From: Bacteroidota bacterium
Lineage (GTDB): Bacteria; Bacteroidota; Bacteroidia; Flavobacteriales_C; GCA-002722245
Length of the DNA stretch: 64,000 nucleotides
Assembly (NCBI GenBank): GCA_026390935.1
Contig: JAPLEZ010000152.1
Coordinates: 1,293 to 65,292 of the forward strand
Reading direction: 5' to 3'
Position 1 is the first letter of the stretch. Each line of letters begins with the position of its first letter. Below the pieces are notes generated by a model that was not told where the DNA came from, did not search any database, and saw only the letters and a list, made by a program, of their open reading frames with translations. The position numbers were made by a program, and so were the translations under genes. Shown here one piece after another: positions 28,888 through 38,348 of the stretch.

Positions 28888-30129
28888 TCACCCGTGAATT
28901 AATGCTGCAATTTCTTTGATGGTTTCTTCGCCTTTGTAAATCATCACTCTTTTCTCCCCTGTAGCGCGAATCTCCAATTCAAATTCTTTGGCTTCATTGA
29001 ATCGTCGACCTATGATGATTTTAAATGGAATACCAATTAAATCAGAGTCTTTGATTTTCACGCCCATACCTTGGTCGCGGTCGTCCACTAAAGTAGTCAC
29101 GCAAGCTTTTGTGAACGCTTTGTCGAATTCGTCAACAACAGCTTCAAACTCCGAACCTGCATATTTTAAAGGGATAATCGACAATTGATATGGAACAACA
29201 GCAACAGGCCATTTGATGCCTTTTTCATCGTTGTTTTGCTCAATGATGGCATTGATGATTCTGCTTACACCTATTCCGTAACAGCCCATCACCACAGGTT
29301 CTTTTTTACCTTCTTTGTTCACGAAGTTGAAGTTCATCGCGGCAGAATATTTCGTGCCGAGTTTGAAGATGTGACCTACTTCAATGCCTCTGAATATTTC
29401 GTGCGTAGCCGAATATTTCTCGACTTCATTTTCTTCAATTTTTACTACAACGCCTTTCTCTTCAATGAAATAATCTTCACCGAATTTGGATAATGCTACA
29501 ATTTCTTCGGAACCATCTCCGCCAATTTCGCCCGGATCGGCAGCAATACCAATCACTTTCAAGCCTAAACGTTTGAAAATAGCAAAGTAAGCATCGCGCA
29601 AAGCATTGTATTCTCTGTCTAAATCTTCATTGGAAATATGAAAGCTGTATGCATCTTTCATCATGAATTCTTTTCCGCGCAAGAGGCCGTTTTTAGGACG
29701 CATTTCATCGCGAAACTTTCTGCCGATTTGGTACAAGGTAAAAGGAAATTGTTTGTAGGACGATACTTTAGAACGGGCTAAATCAATGACTACTTCTTCG
29801 TGTGTAGGACCGAAACAAAACTCTCTTTCATCGCGGTTTTTAAATTTCAACATCTCTTTTCCGTAAGCATTCCACCTTTCCGATTCTACCCACAGTTCTT
29901 TCGGTTGCACAATAGGCATCGCTATTTCCTGACAGCCGATGGCGTCCAGTTCTTGACGGATAACCGTTTCAATTTTTTGCAACACTTTATTTCCCAAAGG
30001 AAGAAAGTTGTATAATCCAGCCGATACCTGTTGGATCAATCCAGCTTGTATACATAGCTTGTGACTTGTGGCGTCGAGTTTTTCGTTAACCGTTCTTTCG
30101 GTGTGGATGAATGCTTTTGAATACTTCAT
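28888..30129 (-). CDS. proS: Proline--tRNA ligase, short bacterial type lacking the INS editing domain
   Basis: GLYNFLPLG, LWVESERW, GPTHEE, KFRDEMRP, EFMMKDAYSF, GIEVGHIFKLGTKYS, MGCYGIGVSR; 413 aa. Confidence 0.92.
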   Translation of the reverse strand: MKYSKAFIHTERTVNEKLDATSHKLCIQAGLIQQVSAGLYNFLPLGNKVLQKIETVIRQELDAIGCQEIAMPIVQPKELWVESERWNAYGKEMLKFKNRDEREFCFGPTHEEVVIDLARSKVSSYKQFPFTLYQIGRKFRDEMRPKNGLLRGKEFMMKDAYSFHISNEDLDREYNALRDAYFAIFKRLGLKVIGIAADPGEIGGDGSEEIVALSKFGEDYFIEEKGVVVKIEENEVEKYSATHEIFRGIEVGHIFKLGTKYSAAMNFNFVNKEGKKEPVVMGCYGIGVSRIINAIIEQNNDEKGIKWPVAVVPYQLSIIPLKYAGSEFEAVVDEFDKAFTKACVTTLVDDRDQGMGVKIKDSDLIGIPFKIIIGRRFNEAKEFELEIRATGEKRVMIYKGEETIKEIAALIHG

Positions 30130-30167
30130 GATATTAATTTGAAAGGGCAAAAATAGTAAAAGAGCAA

Positions 30168-31145
30168 CTACTTCAACGCTCTTTTTTTAATCATTCCGCC
30201 TTTGATGTCCTTAACGCCCGTCATCACCATAAATGCATTGGGATCAATTTCGTCTACTTCCTTGCGGAGGCGGGCCAATTCCAAACGAGTGATGATGGTG
30301 TAAATGATGGTGTAGTTTCGCGACGGACCTTTGGTGTTGTAACCGCCACTTCCTTGATAGAGCGTTACACCACGCCCCATTTCATTGATTAACATGGAGC
30401 GTATTTCTTCGTGCTTGGCAGAAATGATCGTCACACCAACATATTCTTCCACCCCTTCCACCACAAAGTCGACAGTTTTAGAAGCGATAAAATATGTGAG
30501 CATGGAATACAAAGCAACTTCAACCGTTGGTAAAACATAAGCTGCAACCAGGAAGATGAAAACGTTGAAAACAATGATGACGTCACCTACAGTAAATCCA
30601 ACAGCCCTGCTAATGTATATCGCTAGAATTTCCGTTCCATCTAGCACAGCCCCGCCCCTCATGGATAAACCAATTCCAGCGCCTAAAAATATCCCGCCAA
30701 AGGCCGATACTAAAAGTTTGTCGTGCGTGATTTCCGGAAATTCAACCAATGCGATTACCAAAGCCAAACCAACAATGGAGGTGATGCTGCGAATTGCAAA
30801 GCGTCGACCCACTTGCGTGTAAGCCAGGAAGATGAAGGGGATATTTAAAATCACAATCAGCCACGATAGATGAAAATCGAATACATTGTTCATCAAAAGA
30901 GAAATTCCAGTAACGCCTCCATCCACGAAATCATTGGGAAGTGAAAAACTTTTGAGTCCGAAAGCAGCTGAAAATATTCCTAAGCTGATGAGTAAAAATC
31001 CTTTAACGATATAGGCAACAGACACCACTCGATGCAGCGCTTTTTTCTTTAGTTCGCTGTCGGCTTCAATGTGCTCTCTCTTTTTGCTGCGGCGAAAAAG
31101 TCGAACTGTTTCTCTTACTATTACTCGTTGAAAAAAAGGAAGCAT
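30168..31145 (-). CDS. YitT family membrane protein
   Basis: DGGVTGIS, GIGLSMRGGAVLDGTE, C-terminal IDPNAF. Confidence 0.88.
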   Translation of the reverse strand: MLPFFQRVIVRETVRLFRRSKKREHIEADSELKKKALHRVVSVAYIVKGFLLISLGIFSAAFGLKSFSLPNDFVDGGVTGISLLMNNVFDFHLSWLIVILNIPFIFLAYTQVGRRFAIRSITSIVGLALVIALVEFPEITHDKLLVSAFGGIFLGAGIGLSMRGGAVLDGTEILAIYISRAVGFTVGDVIIVFNVFIFLVAAYVLPTVEVALYSMLTYFIASKTVDFVVEGVEEYVGVTIISAKHEEIRSMLINEMGRGVTLYQGSGGYNTKGPSRNYTIIYTIITRLELARLRKEVDEIDPNAFMVMTGVKDIKGGMIKKRALK

Positions 31146-31154
31146 TCTTTTTTT

Positions 31155-31243
31155 AGTGTTGAATGTTGAATTATGAATGTTGAATAGAGGTCACTTTCAA
31201 TAGCACGACTTTATTCAAAATTCAACATTTAAAATTTATAATT
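31155..31243. repeat. Inverted pair of heptamer arrays (TGAATGT/ACATTCA-like)
   Basis: Left arm 31155-31186 and right arm 31212-31243 are imperfectly complementary (about 23/32). Confidence 0.75.
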
Positions 31244-31244
31244 A

Positions 31245-32099
31245 TTAATTCCCCACCACTAAAATTTCCACCCTTCTGTTGAATTTCATCTCCAGTTCGG
31301 ATTTGGCATTTGGAAAAATCATTTGTGTGTTGCCAAAGCCTTTGTAGCCAAGACGGGATCCATCAATTCCATTTTTAATCAAATAATCGTAGATGGCTTT
31401 GGCTCTGCCTTCCGACAGTTGAAGGTTGTAATCGGAGTTTCTTTCTTTTGGTGCGTTAACGTGCCCGTGCACCTCAATTTTTAGTGTAGGGTTGTTTTTC
31501 ATCAAGTAAACTAAACTGGATAATTCTGAGCGGGAGCGAGGAATCATTTGCGTGGAATTGGCCTGAAACAAGATGTTGTTCAAAACCAGCTTGTCGCCCT
31601 TCTTATATTTTTTTTGGTACCATTTTAACTTTTTCTCTCTCTGCAGTGCAAGGATGTCATCGGTAATACGAGTATCCAGAAGCACCGTGTCACAATCGGT
31701 TTGCAGCACCACTACAAACTTTTTACCATGCTCCAGCTGTATTCTGTGGTTTTGTGAGCAGGTGGCGCAAAAGCATTGACCGTTTAAAATTTCTTCGGTC
31801 TCTAATGTTCTTTCAAAAGTGGTGAAGCCAATGCTTGGCAATATGGAATCTTCGTTGGTAGTGCAGTATTTGTTGTAGTCGTAAAAATCGTATTGCATAT
31901 GGCAAGAGGAATCCACCAGAAATTTCATGTCGTAAAAAGACGAATCCACATCAAACCAAAACAATTGCTTTTTTGATTTGACGAAGGAAAGGGGCTCTTC
32001 TGAAAGTATGTTGAGATGTGGGATTTTATCGCACGAAGGTCTTTGCGCCGCAAGCACGCCGGCAATAGATAGAAATATGAAAAGTGCTATGATGCGCAT
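31245..32099 (-). CDS. OmpA family protein
   Basis: Signal peptide; C-terminal ILFQANS...IEVHGH...LSEGRAKA...KGFG...NRRVEI. Confidence 0.88.
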   Translation of the reverse strand: MRIIALFIFLSIAGVLAAQRPSCDKIPHLNILSEEPLSFVKSKKQLFWFDVDSSFYDMKFLVDSSCHMQYDFYDYNKYCTTNEDSILPSIGFTTFERTLETEEILNGQCFCATCSQNHRIQLEHGKKFVVVLQTDCDTVLLDTRITDDILALQREKKLKWYQKKYKKGDKLVLNNILFQANSTQMIPRSRSELSSLVYLMKNNPTLKIEVHGHVNAPKERNSDYNLQLSEGRAKAIYDYLIKNGIDGSRLGYKGFGNTQMIFPNAKSELEMKFNRRVEILVVGN

Positions 32100-32191
32100 G
32101 ATTCTCTTGGAATATATTCTAAATATAAAGACTTCTTTTGGTATAAAGAAGATGATTTATGTGCGCTTATAACGCGTAGCTGCTATAAAAG

Positions 32192-32833
32192 TTACTTAGC
32201 TGTAATGATGATTTCCACTCTTCTGTTAGCGGCAGTTTCTTTTTCGTTGATGGCTGCAGGAAAGATCATTCTCGTATTGCCAAAGCCTTTTTTATCAATT
32301 CGGTTGGCTTTGATCCCGTGTTCCATTAAATACATTTGTACAGCCTGACAGCGGTCTTCGGATAGTTTTTGGTACGCTTCGGTGTTTGGTGATCCCGGAC
32401 CGTTGACATGTCCCTGAATAGAGATTTTTACGGTAGGATTTTTTTTAAGAAAGGCCACCAATTGATCCAATTCGGGAAAAGACTTTTCTATGAAAACCGC
32501 TTGGGATTCAACAAAGCGTACGTGTTGCAAAACGTAAACCTGCCCGGTGTCAATGCTTGCGCCAGCTTCATTTAAAGAGAATTCTTTCTTTTTGTAAATT
32601 CGCACAATTTCATTGCTTTCTTCTTGCGCTATTGTTATTTTTTTTGTTTCGCGTTGTTTCCCATATTTCACACAGTGATCGCAAAAACAGCGGCCGCTTA
32701 AATCAAGTTTAGTGGAATCCTGCGCTGAGAGAGCTGTTATAAAAAGAGAAGAAAGAATAAGAAAGTAAAGCTTTAGATCCTGAAACAAGTTCAGGATGAC
32801 ATTAGCAGCCCATTCTTTAATATACATTTTCAT
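32192..32833 (-). CDS. OmpA family protein (start uncertain, overlaps a REP)
   Basis: ISIQGHVN, LSEDRCQAV, KGFG, NRRVEI. Shares a G.CFC..C motif with its neighbour. Confidence 0.8.
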   Translation of the reverse strand: MKMYIKEWAANVILNLFQDLKLYFLILSSLFITALSAQDSTKLDLSGRCFCDHCVKYGKQRETKKITIAQEESNEIVRIYKKKEFSLNEAGASIDTGQVYVLQHVRFVESQAVFIEKSFPELDQLVAFLKKNPTVKISIQGHVNGPGSPNTEAYQKLSEDRCQAVQMYLMEHGIKANRIDKKGFGNTRMIFPAAINEKETAANRRVEIIITAK

Positions 32834-32883
32834 TTTTTGAGTATCGTTTACATTTGTCATCCTGAACTTGTTTCAGGATCTAA
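32773..32883. repeat. REPIN-like doublet, family C (29-bp perfect inverted repeat)
   Basis: TTAGATCCTGAAACAAGTTCAGGATGACA (32773-32801) and TGTCATCCTGAACTTGTTTCAGGATCTAA (32855-32883). Confidence 0.9.
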
Positions 32884-32886
32884 TTA

Positions 32887-35610
32887 TTAATAATTCAAAT
32901 TTGGCGATAGCCATTTTTCAATAAATTCAACTGATTCACCTTTGCGTTGCGCGTATTGTTCCACCTGATCTTTTTCAATTTTACCGATACCGAAATACTT
33001 GCTTTGCGGATGTCCGAAATACCAGCCACTTACAGAGGAAGCAGGATACATGGCCAAACTATCTGTTAATTGGATACCAGCATTTTTCTCAGCATCGAGC
33101 AATTTAAAGATGGTCCATTTTTCGGTATGATCCGGACAAGCTGGATAGCCCGGTGCCGGACGAATTCCTTTGTATTCTTCTTTGATCAGATCTTCGTTGC
33201 TTAATTTTTCCTGAGCATCATAACCCCAAATTTCTTTACGTACTTTTTCATGCATGAATTCAGTGAAAGCCTCAGCCAATCTATCGGCTAATGCTTTAAG
33301 TAAAATGCTGGAATAGTCGTCGTGATCCTTCTCAAATCTTTCCAAATGAGGTTCAATGCCCAAACCTGTAGTAACTGCGAAAGCGCCCATATAGTCGGCC
33401 AAGCCTGTTGTTTTAGGAGCAACGAAATCGGCTAGCGACATGTTGTAAGCATCGTCGGTTTTTTTCGATTGCTGACGCACCATGTGAAATTTATCCAATA
33501 CATTTTTGCGTGTATCATCGGTGTACAATTCAATGTCGTCACCAACTGCATTAGCAGGCCACAAGCCAATTACGGCTTTATTGGTCAACCAATTTTCGGC
33601 AACAATTTGTTTCAACATTTTTTGCGCGTCGTTGTACACTGTTGTTGCTTCAGCACCTACTACTTTGTCTTCTAAAATTTTAGGGAATTTTCCGTGGAGT
33701 TCCCAGGTTTGGAAGAAAGGAGTCCAATCGATGTAAGGAACAATTTCTTCCAGTTTAACATCGGTGATGGTTTTAACTCCGAGGAATTTTGGTTTTACAA
33801 TATCACTCGCTTTCCATTCAATAGGGAAGTGGTTGGCTTGTGCTTCTTCAATGGTGATGGTATCTTTTTGTGCTTTTTTCTTGGCGTGGTTGATGCGCAT
33901 ACGGTCGTACTCGGCCTGTACATCTTCAATGTATTTCGCTTTGTTATCACCTAACAATGAGTTGGCAACAGTAACGGCGCGGGAAGCGTCAAGTACGTGA
34001 ACGGCTTGATTTCCGGTATAATGCTGATCAATTTTAACGGCAGTGTGCACTTTTGATGTTGTAGCTCCACCAATCAACAATGGAATTTTAAATCCTTCAC
34101 GTTCCATTTCTTTGGCTACGTAAACCATTTCATCCAAAGACGGAGTGATTAATCCGCTCAAACCGATAATATCTACATTGTGTTTTTTAGCTTCGGCCAG
34201 AATTTTATCGCAAGGAATCATCACTCCTAAGTCGATGATTTCATAGTTGTTACAAGCTAAAACAACACCTACAATATTTTTACCGATATCGTGCACATCG
34301 CCTTTAACTGTTGCTAACAATACTTTTCCTGCAGAGGTGTTGGTTCCTTCGGCTTTGTCGGCTTCCAAGAAAGGCAGTAAGTAAGCGACGGCTTTTTTCA
34401 TTACACGAGCGCTTTTCACCACTTGTGGCAAAAACATTTTTCCGCTTCCGAATAAATCTCCAACAACATTCATTCCGTCCATTAACGGACCTTCGATGAT
34501 GTGCAGCGGACGTGCGTATTTGTGGCGCGCTTCTTCCACGTCGATTTCAACGAAGTCAGCAATACCTTTTACCAATGCGTGTTCCAAGCGTTTTTCAACT
34601 GTTTCAGATCTCCAGGCGTCATCTGCTTTTTTCTCTTTCACGCCACCTTTTACTGATTCGGCAAATTCCAATAATCTTTCAGTAGCATCGTCTCTTCTGT
34701 CCAATAAAACATCTTCAACGCGTTCCAATAAATCTTTGTTGATGTCGTCGTAAACCTCCAACATAGCAGGATTCACGATACCCATGTCCATACCTTCTTT
34801 AATGGCGTGGAACAAGAAAGCCGAGTGAATAGCTTCACGCATAGGATTATTTCCTCTAAAAGAAAACGACACGTTACTTACACCACCGCTCACGTGAGCA
34901 GCAGGTAGGTTTTCGCGCACCCAGCGGGTAGCTTGGAAGAAGTCGATAGCATTTTTTCTGTGCTCCTCCATCCCTGTAGCGACAGGGAAAATATTTAAGT
35001 CGAAGATGATGTCTTGCGGAGCGAAATTTACTTTCGGACCAACCAATAAATCATAAGATCGTTTTACAATTTCAATTCTTCTTTGATAATTATCGGCCTG
35101 TCCCACTTCATCAAAAGCCATAACAATTACGGCAGCACCGTACTTTTTGACTTGTTTTGCTTCCCAGATGAATCTTTCTTCCCCCACTTTTAAGGAGATG
35201 GAATTCACGATACATTTTCCCTGCACGCACTTCAATCCTTCCTCAATGATTTCCCATTTGGAAGAATCGATCATGATGGGCACCTTAGCGATATCGGGCT
35301 CTGCGGCGATCAAGTTCAAAAAGCGTTTCATGGATTCAACACCGTCAATCATCCCTTCATCCATATTGATGTCGATGACTTGCGCGCCACCTTCCACCTG
35401 GTCGCGAGCAACCACTAAAGCTTCATCGTATTTTTCTTCTTTGATCAAGCGCAAAAATGCTTTTGATCCGGTAACGTTGGTACGTTCACCAATGTTGACG
35501 AAATTGGTTTCAGGAGTTACAATTAATGGCTCCAATCCGCTCAATCGCAGAGAGGGATAATTGTGCCATTTGTATTTGTAATCGCCGGGATAATCAGGAT
35601 GCAGAGGCAT
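32887..35610 (-). CDS. metH: Cobalamin-dependent methionine synthase, C-terminal part (pterin, B12-binding and AdoMet domains)
   Basis: [59 protein letters not shown]. Confidence 0.96.
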   Translation of the reverse strand: MPLHPDYPGDYKYKWHNYPSLRLSGLEPLIVTPETNFVNIGERTNVTGSKAFLRLIKEEKYDEALVVARDQVEGGAQVIDINMDEGMIDGVESMKRFLNLIAAEPDIAKVPIMIDSSKWEIIEEGLKCVQGKCIVNSISLKVGEERFIWEAKQVKKYGAAVIVMAFDEVGQADNYQRRIEIVKRSYDLLVGPKVNFAPQDIIFDLNIFPVATGMEEHRKNAIDFFQATRWVRENLPAAHVSGGVSNVSFSFRGNNPMREAIHSAFLFHAIKEGMDMGIVNPAMLEVYDDINKDLLERVEDVLLDRRDDATERLLEFAESVKGGVKEKKADDAWRSETVEKRLEHALVKGIADFVEIDVEEARHKYARPLHIIEGPLMDGMNVVGDLFGSGKMFLPQVVKSARVMKKAVAYLLPFLEADKAEGTNTSAGKVLLATVKGDVHDIGKNIVGVVLACNNYEIIDLGVMIPCDKILAEAKKHNVDIIGLSGLITPSLDEMVYVAKEMEREGFKIPLLIGGATTSKVHTAVKIDQHYTGNQAVHVLDASRAVTVANSLLGDNKAKYIEDVQAEYDRMRINHAKKKAQKDTITIEEAQANHFPIEWKASDIVKPKFLGVKTITDVKLEEIVPYIDWTPFFQTWELHGKFPKILEDKVVGAEATTVYNDAQKMLKQIVAENWLTNKAVIGLWPANAVGDDIELYTDDTRKNVLDKFHMVRQQSKKTDDAYNMSLADFVAPKTTGLADYMGAFAVTTGLGIEPHLERFEKDHDDYSSILLKALADRLAEAFTEFMHEKVRKEIWGYDAQEKLSNEDLIKEEYKGIRPAPGYPACPDHTEKWTIFKLLDAEKNAGIQLTDSLAMYPASSVSGWYFGHPQSKYFGIGKIEKDQVEQYAQRKGESVEFIEKWLSPNLNY

Positions 35611-35612
35611 AG

Positions 35613-36002
35613 TTAGTTCACAGTTTTAAGTTCACGGTTCATAGTTTTTTCTGAAAGGGAGTTTTTAAGTCCTTGAATCATTTTAACCAGTTCTTCTATT
35701 TCAGTATATAATTTTTGAAATTGAATTTCATTAATAATATTTCTTGCTTTTGCAAGATGCAGACATGCCACTACTTCGATGCCTGATCGTTGTGCAATAG
35801 ATAAAAATCTTGAAAACTCTTTTTTTGATTGGCCAATAGCACCTTCAGCGATGTTTAGTCCAACAGAGTCTGCAGCACGTTTTATTTGTGAAGAAAGAAT
35901 ATATAATTCTTCCTTTGGAAAAGTAAGAGTTAACTCATGAATGTCCTTAGACAATGCAAGAGCTTTCTGCCATATTTTTAATTTTTCAAAACTAAAAGCC
36001 AT
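35613..36002 (-). CDS. Four helix bundle protein (23S rRNA IVS / bAvd-like)
   Basis: [49 protein letters not shown]. Confidence 0.92.
   Translation of the reverse strand: MAFSFEKLKIWQKALALSKDIHELTLTFPKEELYILSSQIKRAADSVGLNIAEGAIGQSKKEFSRFLSIAQRSGIEVVACLHLAKARNIINEIQFQKLYTEIEELVKMIQGLKNSLSEKTMNRELKTVN
35615..35646. repeat. Heptamer array, downstream arm of the four-helix cassette
   Basis: mRNA sense AACTATG AACCGTG AACTTAA AACTGTG AACT. Confidence 0.8.
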
Positions 36003-36006
36003 TCTG

Positions 36007-37029
36007 CTAACTGTGAACTGTGAGCTCTAAACTGAGAACTTTTCTCGGTTTGTATTTCGCAGCAGCATCAGCAATCGCTTTGATGTGCGCAGGTGTTGTA
36101 CCACAGCAACCTCCAATGATGTTCACCAGGCCTCTGTCTAAGAAGCCAACGATTTGTTTTTGCATATCGGATGGAGACTCATCGTATTCTCCCATCTCGT
36201 TTGGCAAGCCAGCGTTAGGGTGAGCACTCACACCAAAGGAAGTGTTGTTGGATAAAACTTCTAAATAAGGTCTCATCAAATCGGCGCCCAATGCGCAATT
36301 GAAACCTACACTGAGTAAATCCATATGTGATACTGAAGTTAAAAATGCTTCAGCAGTTTGACCCGATAATGTTCGTCCGCTGGCATCGGTAATGGTGCCA
36401 GAAATCATCACGGGAAGATTGGTTCCTAGTTCTTCCTGCACGTTACTAATGGCTACCATAGCGGATTTCGCGTTGAGCGTATCAAAAATAGTTTCCACCA
36501 AAAGGATGTCAACGCCACCTTCAATCAATGCTTTTACTTGTTCAGAATATGCAACCACTAATTGATCAAAAGTAACGGCTCTATAGCCCGGGTCATTTAC
36601 ATCTGGCGACATTGATGCAGTTCTGTTCGTTGGACCAATAGAACCTGCTACATACCTCGGTTTATCTGGGTTTTTGGCAGTGTATTCATCTGCAGCTTCT
36701 TTGGCGATTTTTGCTGAACAGTAGTTGATGTCATACACTGCATGTTCCAAATGGTAATCGGCCTGAGCGATGGTAGTACCACTAAAAGTATTGGTTTCTA
36801 AGATATCAGCACCAGCTTCTAAATAAAGGCAGTGAATTTCTTTCAATACATCGGGACGAGATATACCAACTAAATCGTTGTTCCCTTTGAGGGAATGCGG
36901 ATGATCCTTAAATTTTTCACCCCTGAAATCTTCTTCTGTAAGATTATAGGTTTGAATCAAGCTTCCCATTGCGCCGTCCAGCACAAGGATGCGATCTTTC
37001 AATACTTCTCTGACGTCTGGTTTGTTCAT
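36007..37029 (-). CDS. metH: Methionine synthase N-terminal part (homocysteine S-methyltransferase domain)
   Basis: [57 protein letters not shown]. Confidence 0.95.
   Translation of the reverse strand: MNKPDVREVLKDRILVLDGAMGSLIQTYNLTEEDFRGEKFKDHPHSLKGNNDLVGISRPDVLKEIHCLYLEAGADILETNTFSGTTIAQADYHLEHAVYDINYCSAKIAKEAADEYTAKNPDKPRYVAGSIGPTNRTASMSPDVNDPGYRAVTFDQLVVAYSEQVKALIEGGVDILLVETIFDTLNAKSAMVAISNVQEELGTNLPVMISGTITDASGRTLSGQTAEAFLTSVSHMDLLSVGFNCALGADLMRPYLEVLSNNTSFGVSAHPNAGLPNEMGEYDESPSDMQKQIVGFLDRGLVNIIGGCCGTTPAHIKAIADAAAKYKPRKVLSLELTVHS
36009..36040. repeat. Heptamer array, upstream arm of the four-helix cassette (inverted relative to 35615-35646)
   Basis: Plus strand AACTGTG AACTGTG AGCTCTA AACTGAG AACT; 26/32 complementary to the other arm. 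Confidence 0.8.
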
Positions 37030-37051
37030 ATTTTACAAATCATTTAAAAAC

Positions 37052-37083
37052 AAAAAAGCCCTTCCTGAATCTTCAAGAAGGGC
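37052..37083 (-). terminator. Riboswitch expression-platform terminator
   Basis: Minus strand GCCCTTCTTGAAGATTCAGGAAGGGC followed by TTTTTT, between the aptamer and the metH start. Confidence 0.8.
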
Positions 37084-37123
37084 GCATAAGTTTATATAGA
37101 TAAATTTTTTTACAATTTACGTT

Positions 37124-37224
37124 TCTTATTTTGCCCTTTGCAGGGTTGGAATTAGCACCTGTTCCAGTAACGGAATGGTTGCCAAGGTTTCGTAGGGCCA
37201 GTCCCTCCACCTTTCTTAATAAGC
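37124..37224 (-). ncRNA. SAM-I riboswitch
   Basis: Minus strand CTTATTAAGAAAGGTGGAGGGACTGGCCCTACGAAACCTTGGCAACC...GGTGCTAATTCC...AATAAG upstream of metH. Promoter-like TACATTTG at 37247-37254. Confidence 0.93.
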
Positions 37225-37261
37225 AATGTTTAAAGAACGAATGATGCAAATGTACAAAAAA

Positions 37262-37528
37262 CTATTTCCGATGTATAATAGAATTGAATTTTTCTTTGAT
37301 TTTTTTTCTGAAAAAATACCAAACTAGTCCCGCTAAAATAATATAAGGAACAACCGCCAATATTAAAATCCCCGTGTTCAGTCCTCTTCCGTACGATTGA
37401 TCCATATCGGAAAGATTACTTCCGTTTTTCAAACCTGATTCGGCTACTGCTTTGCATTGAGAGCATTGGGCGTAGAGAGCATTTGCGCCGGATAAGAATA
37501 GGAAAAATATGAGGAGTAATTTTTTCAC
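37262..37528 (-). CDS. Small conserved membrane protein (AQCSQCKA motif) following the cytochrome oxidase cluster
   Basis: Likely GTG start at 37528; signal peptide, QCSQCKA, GLNTGILIL..VPY. Confidence 0.7.
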   Translation of the reverse strand: MKKLLLIFFLFLSGANALYAQCSQCKAVAESGLKNGSNLSDMDQSYGRGLNTGILILAVVPYIILAGLVWYFFRKKIKEKFNSIIHRK

Positions 37529-37574
37529 GAGGTAAAAATACAGGATTCTGTCTTCTTTTCTAAAGAAGCAAAGA

Positions 37575-37734
37575 CTTACTTTTTTGTCTTGAAACAAAAA
37601 AGTAAGCAAAAAAATTCAAGAGCCAAGATATGCTTCCTCCCGCCTCGGCAAAAACGCGTTGCCTGCGGCCGCGCTTTTTGCCTCATCTCCACCGCTGGCC
37701 CGCATCTTGGCTCAGGCCTGCGCACGAAGTTACC
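37575..37734 (+). ncRNA. Structured repeat element, copy 2 (Flavo-1-like 5' part)
   Basis: Same architecture as 25074-25232 with compensatory changes; both end in CGCACGAAGTTACC. Confidence 0.6.
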
Positions 37735-37781
37735 CTCCCGTTGCGTGAAGTAGTTTTTCAGGAAATGCCAGCTAACTAACT

Positions 37782-37823
37782 CTCCTCCTTTTCAAGGAGG
37801 AGTACCCGAAGGGGGAGGTGGTT
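37782..37823 (+). repeat. REP-like hairpin CTCCTCCTT-TTC-AAGGAGGAG...GGGGAGGTGG
   Basis: Perfect 9-bp stem followed by a second purine tract. Confidence 0.65.
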
Positions 37824-37829
37824 ATTTTA

Positions 37830-38348
37830 TTAATAATAAGGAGCAAGGAAAACATATACCAAAACCCCAGTGAGTGTTACGTATAGCCAAATAGGGTAGG
37901 TCCAACGCACCAGTTTTTTATGGTTTTGAATATCGTTGGTTAATCCACGGTAATATGAAAACAAAATCATTGGAAGGGACACCGCTGCCAGAATGATGTG
38001 TGAGAAGAGTATTGAATAGTAGAGTATGGTGTATTCGCCTTCATATTTTGTGTCGGCATTGAAGAGATGATAAACCACATACGACAGCAAAAACAAAACA
38101 GATAAAATCATTGCTAAAGTGTTGATGCGCTTATGCATGACGATGTTTTTTTGTTTGATCATCAGTAAAGAAAGTATGAGTAAAATGAAGCACGTTCCGT
38201 TAACGATCGCGTTAAATTTGGGAAGCATCTTCGTGAAGGGCATATCGGTAATCGTAGTTTTTTGCAATTCGTGAAGAGAAAGCACAAGTGCGAAAACTAC
38301 TACTGTGAAAATCCAGATCGCTTTTTCAATTTTTTTATTTGGCTGCAT
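37830..38348 (-). CDS. DUF420 membrane protein
   Basis: LPKFNAIVNG, FLLSYVVYH, HIILAA, HKKLVRWTYPIWLYVTLTG. Confidence 0.9.
   Translation of the reverse strand: MQPNKKIEKAIWIFTVVVFALVLSLHELQKTTITDMPFTKMLPKFNAIVNGTCFILLILSLLMIKQKNIVMHKRINTLAMILSVLFLLSYVVYHLFNADTKYEGEYTILYYSILFSHIILAAVSLPMILFSYYRGLTNDIQNHKKLVRWTYPIWLYVTLTGVLVYVFLAPYY

Noticed and set aside
35613..36002. Diversity-generating retroelement suggested by the bAvd-like protein
   Set aside because: No reverse transcriptase and no TR/VR pair differing at adenines was seen in the window.
37529..37609. N-terminal extension of ORF 37262-37609
   Set aside because: It runs into the repeat element; the signal peptide begins at GTG 37528.
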